Below, piece after piece: positions 1 to 12,144 of a stretch of DNA of 64,000 bases. Numbering within the stretch: position 1 is the first letter of the stretch; the number at the start of each line of letters is the position of its first letter. The notes under the pieces are model-generated. The model was not told where the DNA came from. It did not search any database and was given only the letters and a program-made list of their open reading frames with translations. Location of the stretch: positions 13,463,045 to 13,527,044 of the forward strand of contig NC_092680.1 of assembly GCF_964355755.1 (NCBI RefSeq). The letters are read 5' to 3'. Position numbers and translations under genes: made by a program. The DNA is from Antedon mediterranea. Its lineage: Eukaryota > Animalia > Echinodermata.

Positions 1-146
1 TGCACTTCTACACATAGAGGTTAATCTTCTGACAAAGTTATACGATGTAATGTTGATCAGAATTTGAGATACACGTGACACAAAATTTTGGGAAAGAAAG
101 AAGAATAACATAGAAAAAAAAAAAAAAGATCCTGACAATAACAAGA

Positions 147-171
147 GGTTATCCGCCAAGAGCGGATAACC
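147..171. other. Right-terminal hairpin / asymmetric TIR (representative copy; 5' end on the - strand)
   Basis: GGTTATCCGC-CAAGA-GCGGATAACC, a 10-bp perfect stem. Its distal arm is an inverted repeat of the GGTTATCCGC near the left end, as described for Helitron2 ATIRs / Helentron subTIRs. Confidence 0.85.
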
Positions 172-173
172 AA

Positions 174-215
174 CTAGATTTGAACTCGTCACTACGGACG
201 AGTTAGGTTATCCGC
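174..215 (-). other. Left-terminal signal (representative copy): subTIR + hairpin + CTAG, putative rolling-circle terminator
   Basis: On - it reads GCGGATAACC-T-AACTCGTC-CGTAGT-GACGAGTT-CAAAT-CTAG, i.e. an 8-bp stem just upstream of a CTRR end, like Helitron 3' ends. Confidence 0.8.
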
Positions 216-3200
216 AGTCCTAAAGCCACGTGCACGTCATACGTTGGAATATTGCGCGCAGAAAAACGATTCTGCCATTGAAAAAATGTGAGTGCGCTCT
301 CTATTTTGTGTCACGTCAAAGTGTATACGGTATACGCTATATACCGTATACGTACTACATACAGTTCAGAATAGGTGAAAATAAGTGACCAAAGTTATTG
401 ACGCTTTTGCACATGATGACGTCATAACAATTTTTAAAATGGTGAATCATGCGAAAGATAATTGATTGACATAGACAATATAAAGAAATGGAGGGCAATG
501 GAATACGGATAAGTGGAGATGCGCTCTATTAAATGTGATGAGCTATACGAAAGAGAAAAAAATCCTATATTTTATATTCGAGTGGCCATACGATGACGTC
601 ACAATGTCCTGATAGCCATATTGATACATGATTCGATATCTACAACTCATCTACTACCAGAATATGTAATTATAAAAAAGTTTACCACGTAGTTTAGAAT
701 CTATGACTGTTTAAAAAAAGGCATAATTTTGACAAATTTTTGGACTTTTTCATCAAAATTGCGCGCAAATTGTTTAATTCTACGTGCTCGTATGACGAGA
801 TTTTAAGGCAAAATTGATTGAAAATTGGTAAATATATTATAAAAGACAGAAAAAACAAAAATCAAGCAAAAAAAAGATGTTTTTGCGCTACGTGCGCACG
901 GGCGCGTAAAAAAAGTGCGCACGCGTGGGAATTTTTGAAATGCTCAAAATGACATGAAACGCGTAGAAAGTTGATTAGAAATTGATTTTTCGCAATTTGA
1001 AATTTTAAACGCGCGTGCGCGCGTAACTTTTTGTAAAACATGCCATTTTCTCTCCATAGAAAGTTAGCGCATAATATGACTTAAATTTTCACCAAGTTTC
1101 TATACAAAATGATTTTTAGTTTTTATTCTATGATCAATCATTGAAATTCATAAAATCGCGCGTAACTTACGCTGCGCGACTCAAAATTCATAAAAAAAAG
1201 TTTCTTGCACATCTACAGCTACAGGGCAATCTTTTCACAAAGTTATACAACTTTATGTTGGCCAGAATTAGAGATACGCAGCGAACAAAATTCGTGGAAA
1301 GAAAGAAGAATATAGAAAAAAAAAAAAAAGAAAAAAAAAAAAAAGATCCTGACAATAACAAGAGGTTATCCGCCAAGTGCGGATAACCAAAAAAAGAGAA
1401 CTAGATTTGAACTCGTCACTTCGGACAAGTTAGGTTATCCGCAGCGCAAATGCCACGTGCACGTCATACGTTGGAATATTGCGGGCAGAAAAACGATTAT
1501 GCCATTGAAAAAATGTTAGTGCGCTCTCTATTTTGCGTCACGTCAAAGTATATACGGTATACACTATATTCTGTATACGTACTACATACAGTGCAGAATA
1601 GGTGAAAATAAAAGACCCTAGTTATTGACGCTTTTGGACATGATGACGTCATCACAATTTAAAAAATGGTAGATTATGCGAAAGATAATTGATTGGCCTA
1701 GACAATTATAACAAAATGGGGGGAAATGGAATACGGATAAGTAGAGATGTGCTCTATTAAATGTGATGAGCTATGCGAAAGAGAGAAAAATCCTATATTT
1801 TATATTCGAGTGGCCATACGAAGACGTCACAATGTCCGAATAGCCATATCGATGCATGATTCGATATCTACAACTCATCAACTTCCAGAATGTGTAATTT
1901 AAAAAAAGTTCACCACGTAGTTTATAACCTATGACTTTAAAAAAAAAAGCATAATTTTCACGAATTGTTTAACTTTTTCATCAAAAACACGCGCAAATTG
2001 TTCAATTCTACGTGCTCGTATGACGTGATTTTAAGTCGAAATTGATTGAAAATTAGTAAATTTACTAGAAAAGGGTGGAAAAACAAAAATCAAGCAAAAA
2101 AAAGATGTTTTTGCGCTACGTGCGCACGCGCGCGAAAGAAAAGTGCGCACGCGTGGGAATTTTTGAAATGCTCAAAATGACATGAAACGCGTAGAAAGTT
2201 GATTAGAAATTGATTTTTTGCATTTTGAAATTTTAAACGCGCGTGCGCGCGTAACTTTCTTTAAAACATGCCATTTTCTCTCCATAGAAAGTTAGCGCAT
2301 GGTATGACTTAAATTTTCACCAAGTTTCAATACAAAATGACATATAGTTTTTATTCTATGATCAATCATTGAAATTCATAAAATCGCGCGTAACTTACGC
2401 TGCGCGACTCCAAATTCATAAAAAAAAGTTTCTTGCACATCTACAGCTACAGGGCGATTTTTTGACAAAGTTATACAATCATATGTTGGCCAGAATTAGA
2501 GATACGCTGCCAACAAAAAATGGGAGAGAAGTGTGTAAAGAAAGAAATAAATACTAGATTTGAACTCGTCACTACGGACGAGTTAGGTTATCCGCATCGA
2601 AAAATCCACGCGCACGCCACACGTCAGAATTTTGCGCGCAGAAAAACGATTATGCCATTGAAAAAAAATTTAGTGCGCTCTCTATTTTGCGTCACGTATA
2701 AGTATATACGGTATACGCTATATACTGTATAGGTACTACATACAGTGAAGAATATGTGAAAATAAGTGGCCCAAGTTATTGACGCTTTTGGACATGATGA
2801 CGTAATAAAAATTTCAAAAAATGGTAAATCATGCGAAAGATAATTGATTGACCTAGACAATACAAAAAAATGGAAGGCAATGGAATACGGATAAGTGGAG
2901 ATGCGCTCTATTAAATGTGACGAGCTACGAGGAAAGAGACAAAAATCCTATATTTTATATTCGAGTGGCCATACGATGACGTCGCAATGTCCGTTTAGCC
3001 ATATTGATGCATGATTTGATATCTGCAACTCATCTACTACCAGAATATGTAATTATAAAAAAGTTCACCACGTAGTTTAAAATCTATGACTGTTTAAAAA
3101 AAGGCATAATTTTGACAAATTTTTGAACTTTTTAATAAAAAATGCGCGTAAATTGTTTAATTCTACGTGCTCGCATGACGTGATTTTAAGTCGAAATTGT

Positions 3201-6200
3201 TTGAAAGTTTGTAAATTTACTAAAAAAAGACAGGAAAAACAAAAATCAAGCAAAAAAATGATATTTTTGCGCTACATGCGCACGCGCGCGTAAAAAAATT
3301 GCGCACGCGTGGGAATTTTTGAAATGCTCAAAATGACATGAAAGGCGTAGAAAGTTGATTAGAAATTGATTTTTCGCATTTTGAAATTTTAAAAGCGCGT
3401 GCGCGCGTAACTTTTTTGAAACAAGCCATTTTTAATCCAAAGAAAGTTTGCGCATTATATGACTTAAATTTTCACCAAGTTTCAATTAAAAACGACTTTT
3501 AGTTTTTATTCTATGATCAATCATTGAAATTCACAAAATCGCGCGTAACTTACGCTGCACAACTCGAAATTTGAAAAAAAAAGTTTCTTGCACATCTACA
3601 GCTACAGGGCAATATTTTGACAAAGTTATATAATCATTTGTTAGCCAGAATTAGAGATATGCTTGCAACAAAATTCGGGGAAAGAAAGAAGAAAATAGAA
3701 AAAAAAAGAGAAAAATAAAAAAAAATAACAAGAGGTTATCCGCCAAGTGCGGATAACCAAAAAGATCCTGACAATAACAAGAGGTTATCCGCCAAGTGCG
3801 GATAACCAACTAGATTTGAACTCGTCACTACGGACGAGTTAGGTTATCCGCAGCGCAAAAGCCACGTGCACGTCATACATTAGAATATTGCGCGCAAAAA
3901 AACGATAAAAATGTTAGTGCGCTCTCGATTTTGCGTCACGTCTAAGTATATACGGTATAACACTATATACTGTATACGTACTACATACAGTGCAGAATAG
4001 GTGAAAATAAGTGACCAAAGTTATTGACGCATTTGAACATGATGACGTCATCACAATTTTAAAAATGGTGAATCATGGGAAAGATAATTGATTGACCTAG
4101 ACAATAATAAAAAAAATGATGGAATTGGAACACGGATAAAGGAGATGCGCTCTATTAAATGTGACGAGCTATGACGAAAGAGAAAAAAATCCTATATTTC
4201 ATATTCGAGTGACCAAACGATGACGTCACAATGTCCGGTTAGCCATATCGATACATGATTCTACATCTACAACTCATCAACTTTCAGAATGTCTAATTTA
4301 AAAAAAGTTCACCTCGTAGTTTACAATCTATGACTGTTTTAAAAAAGACATAATTTTGACGAATTTTTGAACTTTTTCTTCAAAAACGCGCGCAAATTGT
4401 TCAATTCTACGTGCTCGTATGACGTGATTTTAAGTCGAAATTGATTGAAAATTGGTAAATTTACTAGAAAAGGCTGTAAAAACAAAAATCAAGCAAAAAA
4501 AAGATGTTTTTGCGCTACGTGCGCACGCGCGCGTAAAAAAAATGCGCACGCGTGGGAATTTTTGAAATTCTCAAAATGACCGGAAACGCGTAGAAAGTTG
4601 ATTAGAAATTGATTTTACGCATTTTGAAATTTTAAACGCGCGTGCGAGCGTAACTTTCTGTAAAACATGCCATTTTTAATCCATACAAAGTTTTCAGTTG
4701 ATATGACTTAAATTTTCACTAAGTTTCAAAACAAAATGAGTTCTAGTTTTTAATCTATGATCAATCATTGAAATTCATAAAATCGCACGTAACTTACGCT
4801 GCGCGACTCTAAAGTCAAAAAACGAAACGTCCTGCACATCTACAGCTACGGATCAATCTTATGACAAAGTTACACAATCTTATGTTCTCCAAAATTAGAG
4901 ATACGCTGCGAACAAAATTCCGGGAAAGAAAGAAGAATAAGATAGAAAAAAAAAAAAAAAGATCCTGACAATAACAAGGGGTTATCCGCCAAGTGCGGAT
5001 AACCAACTAGATTTGAACTCGTCACTACGGACGAGTTAGGTTATCCGCAGCGTAAAAGCCACGTGCACGTCATACGTTAGAATATTGCGCGCAGAAAAAC
5101 GATTATGGCATTGAAAAAATGTTAGTGCGCTCTCTATTTTGCGTCACGTCTGAGTATATACGGTATAACACTATATATTGTATACGTACTACATACAGTG
5201 CAGAATAGGTGAAAATAAGTGACCAAAGCTAATGACGTCTTTTGAACATGATGACGTCATCATAATTTTAAAAATGGTGAATCATGCGAAAGATAATTGA
5301 TTGACCTAGACAATAATAAAAAAATTGAGGGAATTGGAATACGGATAAAGGAGATGCGGTCTATTAAATGTGACGAGCTATGAGGAAAGAGTAAAAAATC
5401 CTATATTTCATATTCGAGTGGCCATACGATGACGTCATAATGTCCGGTTAGCCATATTGATGCATGATTTGATATCTGCAACTCATCTACTACCAGAATG
5501 TGTAATTTTAAAAAAGTAAACCACGTAGTTTACAATCTATGACTGTTTTAAAAAAGGCATAATTTTAACAAATTTTTTAACTTTTTCATCAAAAACGCGC
5601 GCAAATTGTTCAATTCTACGTACTCGTATGACGTGATTTTAAGTCGAAATTGATTGAAAATTGGTAAATTTACTATAAAAGGCTGAAAAAACTAAAATCA
5701 AGCAAAAAAAAAATGTTTTTGCGCTACGTGCGCACGCGCGCGTAAAAAAACTGCGCACGCGTGGGAATTTTTGAAATGCTCAAAATGACATGAAACGCTT
5801 AGAAAGTTGATTAGAAATTGATTTTTCGCATTTTGAAATTTTAAACGCGCGTGCACGCGTAACTTTTTGTGAAACATGCCATTTTTAATCCATAGAAAGT
5901 TTGCGCATGATATGACTTAAATTTTCACCAAGTTTCAATACAAAATGACTTTTGGTTTTTAATCTATGATCAATCATTGAAATTCATAAAATCGCGCGTA
6001 ACTTACGCTGCGCAACTCCGAAATCGTCCAAAAGCTTGGCTGCACATCTACAGCTATAGGTCAATCTTATGACAAAGTTATACAATCTTATGTTGGCCAG
6101 AATTAGAGATATGCGACCAACAAAATTCGTGGAAAGAAAGAAGAACATAGAAAAAAAAAAAAAAAAAAAAAAAAACTAGATTTGAACTCGTCACTACGGA

Positions 6201-8478
6201 CGAGTTAGGTTATCCGCCTCGCAAAACCCACGCGCATGACACCTAAGTTAGAATATTGCGCGCAGAAAAACGATTATGCCATTGAAAAAATGTTAGTGAG
6301 CCCTCTATTTTGTGTCGCGTCTAAGTGTGTACGGTATACACTATATACTGTATACGTACTACATACAGTGCAGAATAGGTGAAAATAAGTGACCAAAGTT
6401 ATTGACGCATTTGAACATGATGACGTCATCACAATTTTAAAAATGGTGAATCATGCGAAAGATAATTGATTGATCTAGACAATATAAAAAAATTGAGTAA
6501 AATGGAATACGGATAAGTGGAGATGCGCTCTATTAAATTTGACGAGCTATGACGAAAGAGAAAAAAATCCTATATTTTATATTCGGGTGGCCATACGATA
6601 ACGTAACAATGTCCGGTTAGCCATATCAATGCATGATTCAAGAAAAACAACTCATCTACTTCCAGAATATGTAATTTTAAAAAAGTTCACCACGTAGTTT
6701 AGAAGTTATGACTGTTTAAAAAAAGGTCTAATTTTGACGATTTTTTGAAGTTTTTCATCAAAAACACGCGCAAATTATCCAATTCTACGTGCTCGTGTGA
6801 CGTGATTATAAGTCGAAATTGATTGAAAATTTATAAATTTTCTAGAAAAGGCTGAAAAAATAAAAATCAAGCAAAAAAAAGATGTTTTTGCGCTACGTGC
6901 GCACGCGCGCGTAAAAAATTAGCGCACGCGTGGGAATTTTTGAAATGCTCAAAATGACATGAAACGCATAGAAAGTTGATTAGAAATTGATTTATCGCAT
7001 TTTGAAATTTTAAACGCGCGTGCGCGCGTAACTTTTTAAAACCATGCCATTTTTAATCCATAGAAAGTTAGCGCATGATATGACTTAAATTTTCACCAAG
7101 TTTCAATACAAAATGACTTTTGGTTTTTAATCTATGATCAATCATTGAAATTCATAAAATCGCGCGTAACTTACGCTGCGCGACTCGAAAATCAAAAAAC
7201 AAAGTTTCTTGCACATCTACAGATATAGGTCAATCTTATGACAAAGTTATACAATCATTTGTTAGCCAGAATTAGAGATATGCTTGCAACAAAATTCGTG
7301 GAAAGAAAGAAGAAAAAAGAAAAAAAAGAAAAAAAACTAGATTTGAACTCGTCACTACGGACGAGTTAGGTTATCCGCAGCGCAAAAGCCACGCACACGT
7401 CATACGTTAGAATATTGCAAGCAGAAAAACGATTATGCCATTGAAAAAAATGTTAGTGCGCCCTCTATTTTGCGTCGCGTCTAAGTATACGGTATAACAC
7501 TATGTACTGAATACGTACTACATACAGTGCAGAATAGGTGAAAATAAGTGACCAAAGTTATTAACGCTTTTGAACATGATGACGTCATCACAATTTTAAA
7601 AATGGTGAATCATGTGAAAGATAATTGATTGACCTAGACAATATATCATCATGGAGGGAAATGGAATACGGATAAGCGGAGATGCGCTCTATTAAATGTG
7701 ATGAGCTATGACGAATAAGAAAAAAATCCTATATTTTACATTCCAGTGGCCATACGATGACGTCACAATGTCCGGTTAGCCATATTGATGCATGATTTGA
7801 TATCTGCAACTCATCTACTACCAGAATATGTAATTATAAAAAAGTTCACCACGTAGTTTAGAATCTATGACTGTTTAAAAAAAGGAATATTTTTGACAAA
7901 TTTTTTAACTTTTTCATCAAAAATGCGCGCAAATTGTTTAATTCTACGTGCTCGTATGACGTGATTTTAAGTCGAAATTGATTGAAAATTGGTAAATTTA
8001 CTAGAAAAGGCTGAAAAAACAAAAATCAAGCAAAAAAAAGATGTTTTTACGCTACGTGCGCACGCGCGCGTAAAAAAATTGCGCACGCGTGGGAATTTTT
8101 GAAATGCTCAAAATAACATGAAACGCGTAGAAAGTTGATTAGAAATTGATTTTTCGCATTTTGAAATTTTAAACGCGTGTGCGCGCGTAACTTTTTGTGA
8201 AACATGCCATTTTTAATCCATAGAAAGTTTGCGCATTATATGAATTAAATTTTCACCAAGTTTCAATACAAAATGACGTTTGGTTTTTAATCTATGATCA
8301 ATCATTGAAATTCATAAAATCGCGCGTAACTTACGCTGCGCAACTCCGAAATCGTCCAAAAGCTTGGCTGCACATCTACAGCTATAGGTCAATCTTATGA
8401 CAAAGTTATACAATCTTATGTTGGCCAGAATTAGAGATATGCGACCAACAAAATTCGTGGAAAGAAAGAAGAACATAG

Positions 8479-8510
<32 letters not shown>

Positions 8511-11500
8511 TCCTGACAATAACAAGGGGTTATCCGCCAAGTGCGGATAACCAAAAAAAGATCCTGACAATAACAAGGGGTTATCCGCCAAGTGCGGATA
8601 ACCAACTAGATTTGAACTCGTCACTACGGACGAGTTAGGTTATCCGCAGTCCTATAGCCACGTGCACGTCATACGTTGGAATATTGCGCGCAGAAAAACG
8701 ATTATGCCATTGAAAAAATGTGAGTGCGCTCTCTATTTTGTGTCACGTCAAGTGTATACGGTATACACTATATACCGTATACGTACTACATACAGTTCAG
8801 AATAGGTGAAAATAAGTGACCAAAGTTATTGACGCTTTTGCACATGATGACGTCATAACAATTTTTAAAATGGTCAATCATGCGAAAGATAATTGATTGA
8901 TATAGACAATATAAAGAAATTGAGGGCAATGGAATACGGATAAGTGGAGATGCGCTCTATTAAATGTGATGAGCTATACGAAAGAGAAAAAAATCCTATA
9001 TTTTATATTCGAGTGGCCATACGATGACGTCACAATGTCCTGATAGCCATATTGATACATGATTCGATATCTACAACTCATCTACTACCAGAATATGTAA
9101 TTATAAAAAAGTTTACCACGTAGTTTAGAATCTATGACTGTTTAAAAAAAGGCATAATTTTGACAAATTTTTGGACTTTTTCATCAAAATTGCGCGCAAA
9201 TTGTTTAATTCTACGTGCTCGTATGACGAGATTTTAAGGCAAAATTGATTGAAAATTGGTAAATATATTATAAAAGACAGAAAAAACAAAAATCAAGCAA
9301 AAAAAAGATGTTTTTGCGCTACGTGCGCACGCGCGCGTAAAAAAATTGCGCAAGCCTGGGAATTTTTGAAATGCTCAAAATGATATGAAACGCGTAGAAA
9401 ATTGATTAGAAGTTGATTTTTTGCATTTTGAAATTTTAAACGCGCGTGCGCGCGTAACTTTCTGTGAAACATGCAATTTTTAATCCATAGAAAGTTTGCG
9501 CTTGATATGACTTAAATTTTCACAAAGTTTCAATACAAAATAACTTTCGGTTTTTAATCTATGATCAATCATTTAAATTCATAAAATCGCGCGTAACTTA
9601 CGCTGCGCAACTCAAAATTCATAAAAAAAAGTTTCTTGCACATCTACAGCAACAGGGCAATCTTTTGACAAAGTTATACAATCATATGTTGGCCAGAGTT
9701 AGAGATACGCTGCGAACAAAATTCGTGGAAAGAAAGAAGAACATAGAAAAAAAAAAAAAAGAAAAAAAAAAAGATCCTGACAATAACAAGAGGTTATCCG
9801 CCAAGTGCGGATAACCAACTAGATTTGAACTCGTCACTACGGACGAGTTAGGTTATCCGCCTCGCAAAACCCACGCGCATGACACCTAAGTTAGAATATT
9901 GCGCGCAGAAAAACGATTATGCCATTGAAAAAATGTTAGTGAGCCCTCTATTTTGTGTCGCGTCTAAGTGTGTACGGTATACACTATATACTGTATACGT
10001 ACTGCATACAGTGCAGAATAGGTGAAAATAAGTGACCAAAGTTATTGACACATTTGAACATGATGACGTCATCACAATTTTAAAAATGGTGAATCATGCG
10101 AAAGATAATTGATTGATCTAGACAATATAAAAAAATTGAGTGAAATGGAATACGGATAAGTGGAGATGCGCTCTATTAAATTTGACGAGCTATGACGAAA
10201 GAGAAAAAAATCCTATATTTTATATTCGGGTGGCCATACGATGACGTCACAATGTCCGGTTAGCCATATCAATGCATGATTCGAGAAAAACAACTCATCT
10301 ACTTCCAGAATATGTAATTTTAAAAAAGTTCACCACGTAGTTTAGAAGTTATGACAGTTTAAAAAAAGGTCTAATTTTGACGATTTTTTGAAGTTTTTCA
10401 TCAAAAACACGCGCAAATTATCCAATTCTACGTGCTCGTGTGACGTGATTATAAGTCGAAATTGATTGAAAATTTATAAATTTACTAGAAAAGGCTGAAA
10501 AAATAAAAATCAAGCAAAAAAAAGATGTTTTTGCGCTACGTGCGCACGCGCGCGTAAAAAATTTGCGCACGCCTGGTAATTTTTGAAATGCTCAAAATGA
10601 CATGAAACGCATAGAAAGTTGATTAGAAATTGATTTATCGCATTTTGAAATTTTAAACGCGCGTGCGCGCGTAACTTTTTAAAACCATGCCATTTTTAAT
10701 CCATAGAAAGTTTGCGCATGATATGACTTAATTTTTCACCAAGTTTCAATACAAAATGACTTTTGGTTTTTAATCTATGATCAATCATTGAAATTCATAA
10801 AATCGAGCGTAACTTACGCTGCGCGACTCGAAAATCAAAAAACAAAGTTTCTTGCACATCTACAGATATAGTTCAATCTTATGACAAAGTTATACAATCA
10901 TTTGTTAGCCAGAATTAGAGATATGCTTGCAACAAAATTCGTGGAAAGAAAGAAGAAAAAAGAAACTAGATTTGAACTCGTCACTACGGACGAGTTAGGT
11001 TATCCGTAGCGCAAAAGCCACGCGCATGACACATAAGTTAGAATATTGCGCGCAGAAAAACGATTATGCCATTGAAAAAAATGTTAGTGAGCCCTCTATT
11101 CTGTGCCACGTCTGAGTATATACGGTATACACTATATATTGTATACGTACTACATACAGTGAAGAATATGTGAAAATAAGTGGCCCAAGTTATTGACGCT
11201 TTTGGACATGATGAAGTCATCACAATTTTAAAAACGGTATATCATGCGAAAGATAATTGATTGGCATAGACAATATAAAAAAATGGGGGGAAATGGAATT
11301 TGGATAAGTGGAGATGCGCTCTATTAAATGTGATGAGCTATGACGAAAGAGACAAAAATCCTATATTTTATATTTGAGTGGCCATACGATGACTTCACTA
11401 TGTCCTGTTAGCCATATCGATGCATGATTCGATATCTACAACTCATCAACTTCCAGAATATGTAATTTAAAAGAAGTTCACCTCGTAGTTTACAATCTAT

Positions 11501-12113
11501 GACTGTTTTAAAAAAGGCATAATTTTGACGAATTTTTCAACTTTTTCTTCAAAAACGCGCCAAATTGTTCAATTCTACGTGCTCGTATGACGTGATTTTA
11601 AGTCGAAATTGATTGAAAATTGGTAAATTTACTAGAAAAGGCTGAAAAAACAAAAATCAGGCAAAAAAAACATGTTTTTGCTCTACGTGCGCACGCGCGC
11701 GTAAAAAAAAGGCGCACGCGTGAGAATTTTTGAAATGCTCAAAATGCCCTGAAACGCGTAGAAAGTTGATTAGAAATGGATATTTCGCAATTTGAAATTT
11801 TAAACGCGCGTGCGCGCGTAACTTTATGTCAAACATGCCATTTTTAATCCATAGAAAGTTTTCCCTTGATATGACTTAAATGTTCACCAAGTGTCATTAC
11901 AAAATGACGTTTGGTTTTCAGTCTATGTTAAATACGCGAAATTCATAAAATCGCGCGTAGCTTACGCTGCGCGACTCTAAAGAAAAAAAACGAGCTGTCC
12001 TGCACTTCTACAGATAGAGGTAAATCTTCTGACAAAGTTATACGATGTAATGTTGATCAGAATTTGAGATACACGTGACACAAAATTTTGGGAAAGAAAG
12101 AAGAATAACATAG

Positions 12114-12144
<31 letters not shown>

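Noticed and set aside
6140-6180. Poly(A) tails suggesting SINE/LINE retroposition
   Set aside because: The A-tract is internal to the terminal hairpin, there are no TSDs or Pol III boxes, and the ORF has no reverse transcriptase despite its APE domain.
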